Positions 1-14,855 of a stretch of DNA of 64,000 bases are shown here, piece by piece. Each line of letters starts with the position of its first letter. Position 1 is the first letter of the stretch. Origin of the DNA: the human T2T-CHM13v2.0 reference genome, Homo sapiens. The notes under the pieces were generated by a model. It was given only the letters and a program-made list of their open reading frames with translations, was not told where the DNA came from and searched no databases. Made by a program: the position numbers and the translations under genes. Where the stretch lies: the NCBI RefSeq assembly GCF_009914755.1, contig NC_060947.1. One strand, given 5' to 3'.

Positions 1-773
1 CAATTGACCCATGTTCATGGAATATGCTGGTCTTGCTATGTTTCTCATTATCCTAAAATTTCTGGTTTGATACAATGATAAAATGGCTTTTTGAAGGTTC
101 AGTTACAATGTCAGCTAGATGGCAATACTTTGCAAGATTCTCCAGAAGACTATCTATAATCTGAAGCAGCTTCCAATACATGGTGCTATTTTTTTTAATT
201 GCCAGGATTTATTGGTTCAGGAATCAAGGGGTGAAAGAATGATTGGCACCACTCACCATTACCCCTAGTCGCCCACTAGCAGAAATTGTATTTCCTGTTC
301 CCATGACTTTATGCTTTGCTAGCATAGAGGTCTTAGTGCCAGAGGGAGAAACGCTTCCACCAGGAGACACAGCCAAGATTCCACTGAACTAGAAGACTGA
401 CATCCAGCTACATTGGGCTCCTCATGTCTTTGAGTCAATAGGCCAAGAAAGGAGTTATGGTGTTGGCTGAAGTGGTTGATCTTGACTAACAAGGGAAATT
501 ATATTACTGTTCCACAACGGAAGTAAGGAAGAATTTGTTTGGAATACAGGAGACCTCTTAAGGCATCTTTTAATATTACCATACCCTGTGATTAAGGCCA
601 ATATAAAGCAGAAAAACCCAACCCAGGCAGGACTATGAATGTCCCAGATCCTTTAGGAATAAAGTTGTGGGCCACCCTGCCAGGTAATAAACCATGAACA
701 GCTGATGTGCTTGCTGAAAGCAAAGGGAACACAGAGTGAGTAGTAGAAAAAAGTAGGTATAAATACCAGCCAT

Positions 774-1080
<307 letters not shown>

Positions 1081-1173
1081 AATAGCAGCCACAACCATGT
1101 GATCAGTTACAGAATTGAGGACTATGATTGTCATGAGTATTTCCTTTCTATTTGGCTAACAACCCGTTCTAAT

Positions 1174-1224
1174 TGTGTGTGTGTGTGTGTGTGTGTGTGT
1201 ATAGCTATATATATATGTATATAT
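1174..1224. repeat. (TG)n + (TA)n microsatellite
   Basis: Direct reading. Confidence 0.9.
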
Positions 1225-4200
1225 CGCAAATGTCCTTGTTTTCTTTACTCTCTTATTCCCTTGTCTTATACCATAGCATGTATTGACTTTATATGAATAT
1301 TAAGGTATTGTTAATTTTGCATCAGAGTATATAAGTTATTGAATATCATGGAGAAAAGTAAATATCATTCAAGTACTTCACCTCCTCTTCTGAGATGGCT
1401 TTTATGCATTTTTAGTTGTAGGGAAGATATTTGTTTTACCTTAGGCAGAATAACACCTTTGGAATAAGAAATACACATTGTTATTGTCGTTTTATTTGGA
1501 TAATTAAATACGGTTTAAGGAGATACGTATGAGTGCCAGTGTGACAAGGGATGGACTTAGGATAGTAGTCCAATTATACTCTTTTAGTTATTTTATAAAG
1601 TACAATTACAGTACAATTAAATTATTATTTACTATAGTCATGCTGTTGTGCTATCAAATACTAGGTCTTATTCATTCTTCCCTTTTATTTTGTACCCATT
1701 AACCATTCACATTTTCTCCACTCCCTCCCACCCCCCATTATCCTTCCTAGCCTCTGGTAACCATCCTTCTACTCTCTATGAGTTCAGTTGTTTTTATTTC
1801 TACCTTCCACAGATAAGTGAAAATATGCAAAACTTGTCTTTCTTTGCCTGGCTTGTTTCACTTAACATAATGACCTCCAGTTCCATCCATGTTGTTCCAA
1901 ATGATAGATTCTCATTCTTTTTCATTGCTGAATAGTGCCCCAAAGTATATATGGACCATATTTTCTTTATCCATTCATCTGTTTATGAGTATTTAGATTG
2001 CTTCCAAACCCTGGCCTTTGTGAATAGTGCCGCAATAAACATGGGAATGCAGATATCTCTTTGATATATTGATTTCGTTTCTTTTGGGTATATACGCAGC
2101 AATGGGATTACTGGATCATATGATAGCTCTAATTTTTTTTTTTTTTTTGAGGAACCTCCAAAGTGTTCTTCATAGAGGTTGTACTAATTTACATTCCTAC
2201 CAACAGGGTGCAAGGATTCCCTTTTCTCCACATCCTTACCAGCAATCGTTATTGCCTGTCTTTTGGATATGAACCATTTTAACTAGGGTGAGATGATATC
2301 TCATTGTAGTTTTGATTTGCATTTCTCTGATGTTCAGTGATCTTGAGTGCCTTTTCATATACCTGTTTGCCATTTGTATGTCTTCCTTTCAGAAATGTCT
2401 ATTCATCTTTTTACTCCATTTTTAAATGAGATTATTAGATTGTTTCCTATAGAGTTATTTGAGCTCTTTACATGTTCTGGTTATTTATCCCATGGGAGAT
2501 GGGTGGTTTGCAAATGTTTTTTTCTCATTGTCTGGGTTGTCCTGTCACATTATTGATTGTTTCCTTTTCTGTGCAGAAACTTTTCCACTTGATGGGATCC
2601 CATTTGTCAATTTTTGTTTTGGTTGCCTGTGCATGTGGGGTATTACACAAGAAATCTTTGCATAGTCCAATTCCACAATGGATTCTTTTTAGTAGTTTCA
2701 TCGTGTAAGAACTTAGACTTAAGTCTTTACTGCATTTCATTTGATTTTTATGTATGGTGAGAGAGAGAGGTCTAGTTTCATTCTTTTGCATATGAATATT
2801 CAGTTCTCTCAGCACCATTTATTGAAGAAACACTCTTTTCCTCAGTGAATGCTTTGGCAACTTTGTTAAAAATGAATTCAGTGCTGATGTATGAATTTAT
2901 TTCTGAGTTTTCTATTCTTTTCCATTGGACTGTGTTTCTGACTTTATGCAAGTGTCATGCTTTTTTGGTTACTATAGCTCTGCCATTTAATTTGAGGTCA
3001 GGTAATGTGATTTTTTTCCAGTTTTGGTTTTTTGCTCAGGAGAATTTGGCTATTCCTGGTGTTTTGTGGTTCTATATCAATTTTAGAATTGTTTTTCTTT
3101 TGCTGTGAATAATTTCATTGATGTGTTGATAGGGATTGCAAGGAATCTGTAGATTGAACATTTTAATAATATTGATTCTTCTAATCCAAGAACACAAAAT
3201 ATTTTTCCATTTTTTTGTCCTCTTTAGTTTCTTGCATCAGTGTTTTATAGTTTTCATTTTAGAAATCTTTTACTTATTTGGTTAATTTTTAGATATTTCA
3301 TTGTATTTTATTTGTTCACTGTTGGCATACAGAAATGCTACTGATTTTTGTATGCTGATTTTGTGTCATGTAACTTTTCTGAATTTCTTTATCAGTTCTT
3401 ATAGTGTTTTCTAGGTTATTTAGGCTTTTCTAAATATAAGAACATACCATCTGCAAACAATTATAATTTTACTTCTTCCATTCCAATTTGGATGCCCTTT
3501 AAATCTTTCTCTTGTCTGATTTGTCTTGCTAGGTCTCACAGTACTATGTTGAATAACACTAGTGACAGTGGGCATCCTTGTTGTGTTCCAGATGTTAGAG
3601 GAAGGGCTTTGAGTTTTTCTACATTCAGTATGGTCTGTCATATATGGCTTTTTAAAATATTTATGTACGTTCCCTCTATCACCAATATTTTGATGGCTTT
3701 AATCATGAAGTGATGTTTAATTCTATCAAATGCTTTTTCCTAATCAGTTGAAATAATCATAGGGTTTTTACCCTTCACTCTGTTGATATGATGTATCACA
3801 TTGGTTGATTTGCATATATTGAATCATCCTTGCATCCCTAGGATAAATCTCCCTTGTTCATGAAGGATAATTTTTTAATGTGTTGCTGAATTCAGTGTGC
3901 TAGTATTTTGTTGAGAATTTCTGCATCAATGTTCATCAGAGATATTGGCCTGTAGTTTTCTTTTTCTGGTTTGTCTTTGTCTCATTTTGATATCAGGGTA
4001 ATAATGGCCTCATAGAATGAGTCAAAGTGTTCCTTCCTGCTCTCTTTTCTGGAATAGTTTGAGAAGGATTGGTATTAGGTCTTCTCTAAATAATTGGTAG
4101 AAATTAACAGTGAAGTCATCAGGTCCAGCTTTTCTTTGCTGGGAGACTTTTTATTATGGCTTTGATCTCATTACTTGCTGTTGGTCTGTTCATGTTTTAG

Positions 4201-5134
4201 ATTTCTTTATGATTTAATATTGATAGGTTTTAGGTATCTATAATTATATTTCTTTATTGTTGATTTTCTAATTTGTTAGCATATAGCAGCCACTAATGAT
4301 CCTTTGAATTTTTGTGGTATCAATTATATTGTTTCCTTTTTCATCTCTGATTTTACTTATTTGGGTCTTCTTTCTTTTTTCCTTAGTTTGTCTGGCTAAA
4401 GATTCGTGAATTTTGTTTATCTTTTCAAAAATGCCCTACTTTTTTGTCCATTGTTCTTTTCTATTTATTTGTTTCAATTTAATTTATTTCTGCTTTGATA
4501 CTTTAATTTCTTTTCTTCTACTAACTATGGGTATTTTTTGTGCTTGCTTTCCTAGTTCTGTAAGATGCATTGTTAGGTTATTTCTTTGACATTTTTCTTC
4601 TTTTTAATATAGGAATTTATAGCTATAAACTTCCCTTTCTGTATCACTTTCATTGTATCCCATAGATTTTGTTATAATGTGTTTCCATATATCATTTTTT
4701 TCAAGAAATTATTCAATTTTCTTCTTAATTCATTGACCAACTAGTCACTCAGGAGCACACTGTTTAAATTTCACGTGTTTTTATGGTTTCCAAAGTTCAT
4801 CTTATTATTGATTTCTACTTTTATGTCATTGTAATCAGATTAGGTGGTTGATATTATTTCAAGTTTTGAATGTTTTAAGACTTTTTTTTTTTTTGTCTAC
4901 CATGGTCTTTCCTTTAAAGAAATCCATGTGCTGAGAAGCAAAAAAGTGTATTCTGTTGGTGATGAAAAACTGTAGTGTAACTATGTTTTGGGTACATTTG
5001 ATCTACAGTGCAGATAAAGTGTGATGTTTCTTTGTCAATTTTCTCTCTGGATGATTTGGCTAATGCTAAAAGTAGGGTGCTGAAGTCTACAGTTGTTATT
5101 GTATTAGGCTCTATCTCTCACTATAGCTCTAATA

Positions 5135-5412
5135 ATATTTACTATATATTATTTATAACATTATACTATACAAATCTATAGTAAATTAATATTGTATATA
5201 TTATATAGTATATAAATTTATACATAGTAAATTTATATTATGTATTTATAATATATGAATATTATATAATATATAAATGATATATATAACAATATAGGTA
5301 CTATATGTAACACATAATACATTAATAATATATTATTTTTAATATATTTACTATATATATGTTACTATATATATAAATATGTACCCAACGCTGGAGAAAA
5401 TATATATGTATG
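5135..5412. repeat. AT-rich low-complexity expansion inside L1
   Basis: About 270 bp that is almost entirely A/T. Confidence 0.85.
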
Positions 5413-5638
5413 TTTGCTCTAGTGTTGGGTGCATATATTTAAAACTGATATATCATCTTGTTGAGTTGACCCCTTTATCATTATATAATCACCTTCTTTG
5501 TATTTTATTACACTTTTTTTTCTTGAAATCTATTTTTTTCTGATATAAGTATAGCTAATCTTGCTTTTGCTTTGGTTTCCATGTCATGGAATATATTTTT
5601 TCCATTCCTTCATTTTCAGTACGTGTGTGTCTTTATAA

Positions 5639-6031
<393 letters not shown>

Positions 6032-6995
6032 ACTCTATGTCTTTTCATTGGAGGATTTAGTTTATTTACATTCAATAATATTGATGCTAAGTAAGGACTT
6101 ACTATTGCTATTTTATTATTTGTTTTCTGGTTGTTTTGCTATATTCTCTTTTTTTTCCTTCCTTCCTGTCTTCCTTTAAGTTAAAGTGATGTTCTTTTGT
6201 AGTATGATTTACTGAATTTTTTTTGTATGTTCATCCGTTGTGATTTTGACTTGTGATTACTTTGAGGTTTGCAAATACTAACTTTTAACTCATTGTTCTA
6301 AACTGATAACAACTTAACACTGACTGCATAAGCAACTGAATAAACAAAAAGAAAACTAATAAAAACTCTACAGTTTAAGTTCCCCCACCATTTTTAACAT
6401 TTTGCTCTTTCTGTATACACTTTATTCTGTCTTGAAAAGTTGTCGTAGTTGTCATTATTCTTTGATTTATATTTTTGTCTTTCTACTTAAGAATAGTTTA
6501 CACTCCCCAACTACACTGTTATAGTTGTCTGTATTTTTTGTGTGTACTTATTATAACTAGTGAATTTTGTACCCTCACATGATTTCTTATTGCTCATTAA
6601 AGTTTTTTTTTTTTCTGATTGAAGAATTCTCTTTAGTGTTATTTTGGGATGTCTGGTGTTGGTGTCTGGGAATGTTTTTATTTTATTTATGTTTGAAGGA
6701 TATTTTCACTGGATATCCCTCTCTAGGATATAAATTTTTTTCTTCAACACTATAAAGAGGTCATGCTGCTCTCTCCTGGCCTGTAAGCTTTCCACTGAAA
6801 AGTCTGATGCTATACATATAGGAGTTCCATTGTGTGTTATTTAAGACTATTCCCTTGCTGTTGAATTATCACTGTTACATGACAACCTAATTGTATACTT
6901 AGAAAACCCTAAAGACTCTTCCAGAAGACTCCCAGATCTAGTAAATGAATTCAGTAAAGTCTCAGGATACAAAATCAATGTATAGAAATCAGTGG

Positions 6996-7645
6996 CTTAT
7001 ACACTGTTGGTGGAAATGTAAATTGGTTCAACCATCGTGGAAGACAGTGTGGTAATTCTTTAAAGATCTAAAACAGAAATCCCATTCAACCCAGAAATCC
7101 CATTACTGGATATATACCCAAAGGAATATAAATCATTCTATTAAAAAAAAAAAACATGCCCACATATTTTCACTGAAGTACTATTTACAATAGCAAAGTC
7201 AAGAAATCAAAACCTAAATGCCCAGCAATGGTAGACTAGATAAAGAAAATGTGGTACATATACACATGGATTACTATGCAGCCATAAAAAAAAGAATGAG
7301 ATCGTGTTCTTTGATGGAACATGGATGGAGCTGGAGGCCATTATCCATAGCAAACTAATGCAGGAACAGAAAACCAAATACTGCATATTCTTACTTATAA
7401 GTGGGAGCTAAATGATGAGAAAACATAGACATATAGAGGGAAACAACACACACTGGAGCCTGTAAGAGGGTGGAGGATGAGAAAATAGAGAGGATTAGAA
7501 AAAATAACTAATAGGTACTAGGCTTAATACCTGGGTGACAAAATAATCTGTACAACAAACCCTCCCCCATGACACAAGTTTACCTATATAACAAACCTGG
7601 ACATGTACCCCTGAACTTAAAATAAAAGTTAAATTTTAAAAAAAG
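6996..7645 (+). mobile_element. 5'-truncated L1PA13-16 nested in L1PB
   Basis: 3' UTR gtactaggcttaatacctgggtga...cccctgaacttaaaataaaagtt with A tail; the host L1 resumes at tagcatttcta. Confidence 0.85.
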
Positions 7646-8909
7646 AAATAGCATTTCTATTTACCAATGACATTCAAACTGGGAACCAAGTTAAGAACTG
7701 AGTCTCTTTTACAATAGCCACAAAAATATAAAATACCTAGGAATACATTTAACCAAAAAGATAAAGTATCTTTAAAAAAAGAACTACAAAACACTCATGA
7801 AAGAGATTGTAAATGACACAAATAAATAAGAAAACATTCCATGCTCATGGACTGGAAGACTCAGTATCATTTAAATGACCATTTTATCCAAATAAATCTG
7901 CACATTTAACACAATTTCTATCATATTATCAGTGTCATTTTCACAGAAATATTATAAAAAATTCTAAAGTTCATATGGAACAAAAAAAGCCTGAATATTC
8001 AAAGAAATCCTAAGCAAAAAAAAAAAAAAAACAATGCATCAGATTGCATGACTTCAAATTATACTATTAGGCTGCAATAACTAAAACAGCATGATACTGG
8101 TGCAAAAATAGTCACATAATTCAATGGTACAAATAGAGAACACAGAAATAAAGCCACATACCTACAACAAACTGATCTTCAATAAAGTCAACAAAAATAA
8201 ACAACTGGGATAAGACGCCCTATGTCATAAATAGTACTGGGAAAACTGGCTAGACATATGCAGAAGAAAGAAATTGGACCTCTGTCCTTCAACATATAAA
8301 AAAAAATTATCTCAAGATGAATTAAAGACCTAAATTTAAAACCTGAAACTATAATAATACTAGAAAAAATTATTTTAGGGATCTTGTGGATATTGGGCTA
8401 GGCAACAAATTTATGATGAAGAATCAAAATACAAATGCAACAGAAACAAAAATAAATGAGACTTAATAAAACTAAAAAGTTTCTGCTCAGCAAAAGAAGT
8501 AATCAATAGGATAAACAGACAGCCTACAGAATGGAAGAAAACATTTATAAATTATGCCTCCAACAAAGAATTATTATATAGTATCTACAAGGAACTCAAA
8601 ACAACTCAATGACAATGAATGAACACTAATAATCTCATTAAAAAGTGGGTGAAGATTATTAACAGACATTTCTCAAGAGAAGAAATACAGGTAGTCAACA
8701 AACACATGAAAAAATGTTCAACATTACTAATAATCAGAGGAATGCAAATTAAAACCACTCTACAATGACATTTCACACCAGTCTAAATGACTTTTATTAA
8801 AAAGTTAAAAACACAATAAATGTTAGTGTGGATGTGGAGAAAAGGGTATGTTCATACACTGTTGGTGGAAATGTAAATTAGTCCAACCTCTTTGAAAAAC
8901 AGTATGGAA

Positions 8910-9210
8910 GGCCAGGCTCAGTGGCTCACACCTGTAATCCCAGCAATTTGGGAGGCCAAGGCGGGCAGATCATGATGTCAAGAGATCGACACCATCCTAG
9001 CCAACATGGTGAAACCCCGTCTCTACTAAAAATACAAACATTAGCTGGGCATGGTGGCACATGCCTGTAGTCCCAGCTACTCAGGAGACTGAGGCAGGAG
9101 AATCGCCTGAACCCAGGAGGCGGAGGTTGCAGTCAGCCGAGATCGTGCCACTACAGTCTGGTGACAGAGCGAGATTCCGTCTCAAAAACAAAACAACAAC
9201 AACAAAAAAA
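8910..9210 (+). mobile_element. AluSc
   Basis: gtcaagagatcgacaccatcct; TSD aaaaacagtatgga at 8895-8908 and 9207-9220. Confidence 0.93.
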
Positions 9211-10954
9211 ACAGTATGGAGATATCTTAAAGAACTAAAAGTAGGGCTACCATTTGATTAAGAAATCCAACTACTGGGTATCTACCCAAGGGAAAAGAAC
9301 TTATTAAATAAAAAATAAACCTGCACTTATATGTTTATTGTGGCACTATTTACAATAGCAACATCGTGGAACCTACCTAAATGTCCACCAAAAGTTGATT
9401 GGATAAAGAAAATATGGCACATGTACACCATGGAATACCATACAGCCATACAAAATAATGAAATCATGTCTCTTGCATCAGCATGGATGGAGTTGGAAGC
9501 CATTATAAGAAGTGAACTACCACAGAAGCAGAAAATAAAATATCACTTGTTCTCATTTCTAAGTGGGAGATAAACAAGTGGTACACATGGACCTAAAAAT
9601 GAAGAAAATAGACTCTGGGGACTCCAAAGTTAGGGGATTGGGATAAGAGTTGAAAAATTACCTACTGTGTATATCTGGGTGATGGATACACTAGAAGCCC
9701 AATCCTCATTATTATGTAGGTAATACCTATGTAATAAACAAATGTATTGTTCTCCCTGAATCTACATTTGCAAAAAATTTGGAGTTTTATTATCAAATAA
9801 ATTAATTGTCAAAACAGTATTCATTGCTAACCAATAAGACTTACTTTTTCAGAAAATGCCTGAGTTCATTTTCTTCCAATTCAAGTAAGTGTATTAATAG
9901 CATCTCCATGACTGCTTCTCACCTTTAAAATTTAAGATGGAAAATACACAAGGCATTACCTTGAGTCTGTCACCTATCTGAAATACAGCACCACCACTTT
10001 CCACATTTCTTAACAGTGTTCTGTTTGTTTTGCTCTCACAAAATTCCACTGACCAGTGAATTCTTTGAAAATACTTGGGTTGTGAAGGTATAGTTCATTA
10101 AATAATATTTTTCTATCCCACCCCATGCCACAGTATATCTGAATTCAGAACATCCCCAGATAAGTCCACACACCAGATTTCTACTGCCATTCTTTGTTTA
10201 AAGGAAGTTTTACTGATATTCCAAATTTCCTCTTTGCTTAGCACCTCGGGAGGCTGTCAGTACAACCTAAGGCACTCAAGGAAGAATCTAGGTATGTTAG
10301 TTGGATGCCTTTTTTATTTTTGTAAATTGGAAGAAGTATAATTTCAATTTTGAAGTGGACATGTGAAAGCAGAACCTGCATGAGGCCTGGACCAGAGGGG
10401 TATTCTGACAGGTGAGTTTTAGAGAGTACATAAGGAAGCAGAGGATCAAATAACTAATGTTCTTAGATGTAGTATCTCTCTGGAACATTTGGAAATTTGT
10501 TACCTACAGGGGCATGTACTGCACATTAAAGGCCACTGGTTTAGCAGGCATTCACTGAACACTGCTGTGTTTAAAAACAGTAGGTTAAACATTGAGTTGT
10601 GGGAGGTTAGAGAGACTTCTGAGCTATAGTCTTTGTCCTGTCAGCTTAGACTGTATGCTCCAAGGGAGTAAAATCAAGGCACAGTGAATGTTCAGCTTGA
10701 GCAAAAAATAAAAACAGACTTCTCTCAGGTTTCAAGAGGCAACACCAATACCATACTGTAAAGCGATTTTGCTCGTTTATTTGTTTTATGGTTTTTCTTT
10801 TACTGGCCATATGTATGGTGGCACATCACTGTTTAGGTCTTGTGCTGACTGCAGATATGGCAGTATTTTACGTATTCAAAATTATAAAATCTGACACTTT
10901 CCTCTTTCTCTGTGATACTCTGTCCCTTGACATTTTTTATTCCAATATATCCTT

Positions 10955-11645
<691 letters not shown>

Positions 11646-11734
11646 CCACTTGCTTCTTATGTCCAATAAATGACTGTTTCACTCTAGAACAATGAGAGAC
11701 CAGCTGTGTACAGCAGCAAAAGTGTGCTGCACAT

Positions 11735-12100
11735 TTCCTATTTGTAGAGCCCTGTGCTAGGTACTGGGTCAACTGAAGGGTAGAAGACTTAGACACAAGA
11801 ACATGATAAATTCAACCCTAGTGGCACACACAATAATTACCATAAACTCTATGAGGTCTGAAGCCTGAGACCATCAAGGAAGCCTATTACAAGGAGGTAA
11901 AAATTGAACTGAGGAAACACATAATTTAATTAGGCAGAGAAAACTTAGAAAAACACTCTAGGTAGAAGATCCTTTGTATGCCTGTGAGAGTCAATAGTTT
12001 TAAAGTAAAGAAACTCAAAAAGGGGAAGAATAGCCTGTAGATACCCAACGATAATTGGAACAGAGGAATTAGTGCAGGTTTGGATGTTGACTTTACTAAA
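11735..12100 (-). mobile_element. L2 fragment
   Basis: ccctgtgctaggtactggg followed by degenerate L2-like sequence. Confidence 0.45.
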
Positions 12101-12579
12101 TTTCTCATGACATGACTTGGGACACGATGCTTATTTTATATTTCATTAACTTGGGAGATCCCAAATTTGCAAGTTTATGTTCATTTGCTACAGATGCCAA
12201 GGCCATGTGTGCCTTTTGTTTTCTTTGTCTCACTTGAAGGCATTGATAAACATTCCTGTTAAATATTTGGAAAGTCACTAAAAATATGAACTTACATACG
12301 AAAACAACACTAATGAATGTTAATGAAAGCAATGAAGAGAATCTCCAGATCTTTCACATTCATCTTTGACATCTTTGACATAGGCTGTGAACATATGTCA
12401 AGGAGATTGAATTTCCAGGTGATAAAATATTGGTAATGTGGAAACAAATATTTCCTCTCAGTGCCTATAATAAGGAGACATTTCTTGTTCTAAAATGTGT
12501 ACTACCCACAATAAAGCAGAGGTTACTAATAACATTTTCTCTTCATTTACTATCTCTTTGATTCCAGACAGTATTACAC

Positions 12580-12770
12580 TTGCTTGTTTGTATGTGATTC
12601 ATTTAATCATCAAAAGACACTCTCTCAGTTAGCTATTATCTCAATTTTATTAATGAAGAAAGTGAAACGTTGACAACATAAATAACTTTGTGCACGGCTA
12701 CTCAGGAAGTCAGTGGTGATGTAGTTTACAAACGTAATGTTAGGCTCCAAAACCTGTTCTACTTCCATTA
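12580..12770 (-). mobile_element. MIR
   Basis: tattatctcaattttattaatgaagaaagtgaa...ctccaaaacctg, resembling the MIR core. Confidence 0.6.
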
Positions 12771-14053
12771 GGTTTTGCTTTCCCACAAGTAGACAACCAG
12801 CACTGATAGCACATAACGCCTTTGGTAAAACTTGGTTGCTCTTCATGAAAGGCCACTGTGAGAGGTTCCTACTTTCTGTTTTTCAATTAATTAGACTTTC
12901 AAAGGACCTCCAGGACAGTGAATGTCTTTTAACAGTTTACATTTTGGTAGAATAGCTAAGAAGCAAAGGTTACTGCTTAGGCAAAACTAGACAAAGGTAG
13001 AATCTGATGCTTTCACTAGGTTTGGTTTTGTTTGTTTGTTTGTTTTTTATAAAGCAGAATTACTTTTGTTGAAGAGCCATAACCTGGTCTCAATATGCTC
13101 AGGGACACTAGAGGAAGCAAAACAATTTCATTTATGACCTTGCTTTTGGAGACATTCGTTGACTTAAGTGACCTTTTTTTTGGTATATTGAATTTAAGTT
13201 CTAAGAGTTAATGGGATGTGGTGTGAGACATACCTTTTTCTTTTTGTATTCAAGTATTTCCCTGAGGATTTAGAAGGCTGAAGGCATGCAGCTTGAGCAA
13301 ATACGCATTCACGTGTGTTTCCTACTGTTACAAATATAAGTACAGAAATGAAGATCAGTTAATAATAAAAAAACTCTTTTTAATAATAAAATATTATAAG
13401 TTTTATTATTATGGTTTGTCAACAAAAAGAGACTCTGTAAAATATTTGAAGAGATTTATTCTGAGCCAAATATGAGTGACTGTGGCCCGTGACATAGGTC
13501 TCAGGAGGTCCTGAGAACATGTGCCCAAGGTAGTCAGGGCCCAGCTTGGTTTTATACATTTTAGCAGGCATGAGACATCAATCAAATACATTTAAGAAAT
13601 ACATTGGTTTTGTCCAGAAAGGCAGGACAACTCAAAGAGGGGAGGGAGCTGTGGGGGCGGGGGGATCTTCCAGGCCATAGGTAAATTTAAACATTTTCTG
13701 GTTGGCAATTGTTGGAATTTGTCTAAAGACCTGGAATCAATAGAAAGGAAATGTTCAGGTTAAGATAAAAGATTGTGGAGATTGAGGTTCTTTTGAATCT
13801 TATAGTGGCTGCCCTCAGAGACAATAGATGACAAGTGTTTTCTATTCAAATCTTTAAAAGGTGTTAGATTCTTAGTTAATCTCTTTAGGATTGGAAGGGT
13901 CTGGAAGAAAAAGATCTGGCTATGTTAACAGAGATTCTTTACAGATGTAAATTTTCCCACATGAAGGACAGCTTTGCAGGGCCATTTCAAGATAGGGAAA
14001 AGAAACAAGATTTGGGGTAAAATATTTTGACTTTCTTCTTTGTCACATAACGT

Positions 14054-14855
14054 TGAGAGACAGGACTAGCTGGATTTCCTAGGCCGACTAAGAATCCCTA
14101 AGCCTAGCTGGGAAGGTGACTGCATCCACCTTTAAACACAGGGCTTGCAACTTAGCTCACACCCAACAAATCAGAGAGCTCACTAAAATGCTAATTAGGC
14201 AAAAACAGTAGGTAAAGAAATAGCCAATCATCTATTGCCTGAGACCACAGTGGGAGGGACAAGGATCGGGATATAAACCCAGGCATTTGAGCCAGCAATG
14301 GCACCCCCCTTTGGGTCCCCTCCCTTTGTATGGGTGCTCTGTTTTCACTCTGATTCACTCTATTGAATCTTGCAACTGCACTCTTCTGGTCCGTGTTTGT
14401 TAAGGCTCAAGCTGAGCTTTCGCTTGCCGTCGACCACTGCTGTTTGCCGCTGTTGCAGACCCGCTGCTGACTCCCATCCCGCCGCTGACTCCCATCCCTC
14501 CAGATCCGGCAGGGTGTCCGCTGTGCTCCTGATCCAGTGAGACTCCCATTGCCACTCCCGATCATGCTAAGGGCTTGCCATTGTTCCTGTGCATGGCTAA
14601 GTGCCTGGGTTCGTCCTAATCGAGCTGAACACTCATCACTGGGTTCAACAGTTCTCTTCCGTGACCCACGGCTTCTAATAGAGCTATAACACTCACCGCA
14701 TGGCCCAAGATTCCATTCCTTGGAATCCGTGAGGCCAAGAACCCCAGGTCAGAGAACATGAGGCTTGCCACCATCTTGGAAGCAGCCCGCCATCATCTTG
14801 GAAGTGGCTCGCCACCATCTTGGGAGCTCTGTGAGCAAGGAACCCCCCGGTAACA
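14054..14855 (+). mobile_element. LTR17 (HERV-W) complete solo LTR
   Basis: Starts tgagagacaggactagctggatttcctaggc and ends ggtaaca; TSD ACGT/ATGT (CpG decay) at 14050-14053 and 14856-14859. Confidence 0.95.
14224..14277 (+). promoter_or_regulatory. LTR17 U3 core promoter (CCAAT 14224-14228, TATAAA 14272-14277)
   Basis: Motifs read directly at the expected HERV-W positions; activity not demonstrated. Confidence 0.6.

Larger units (their letters stand above)
6875..9775 (+). mobile_element. L1PB (PB4-like) 3' part of ORF2 + 3' UTR, carrying nested L1PA and Alu
   Basis: ORF2 C-terminus (MFIVALFTIATSWNLPKCP...WMELEAII); PB-type 3' UTR (ggtgatggatacactagaagccc). Confidence 0.85.

Noticed and set aside
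14765-14826. Three short repeats gccaccatcttgg(a/g)ag resembling an array
   Set aside because: This is a repeated motif within LTR17 U5, not a CRISPR-like array; there are no spacers of consistent length and the context is eukaryotic.
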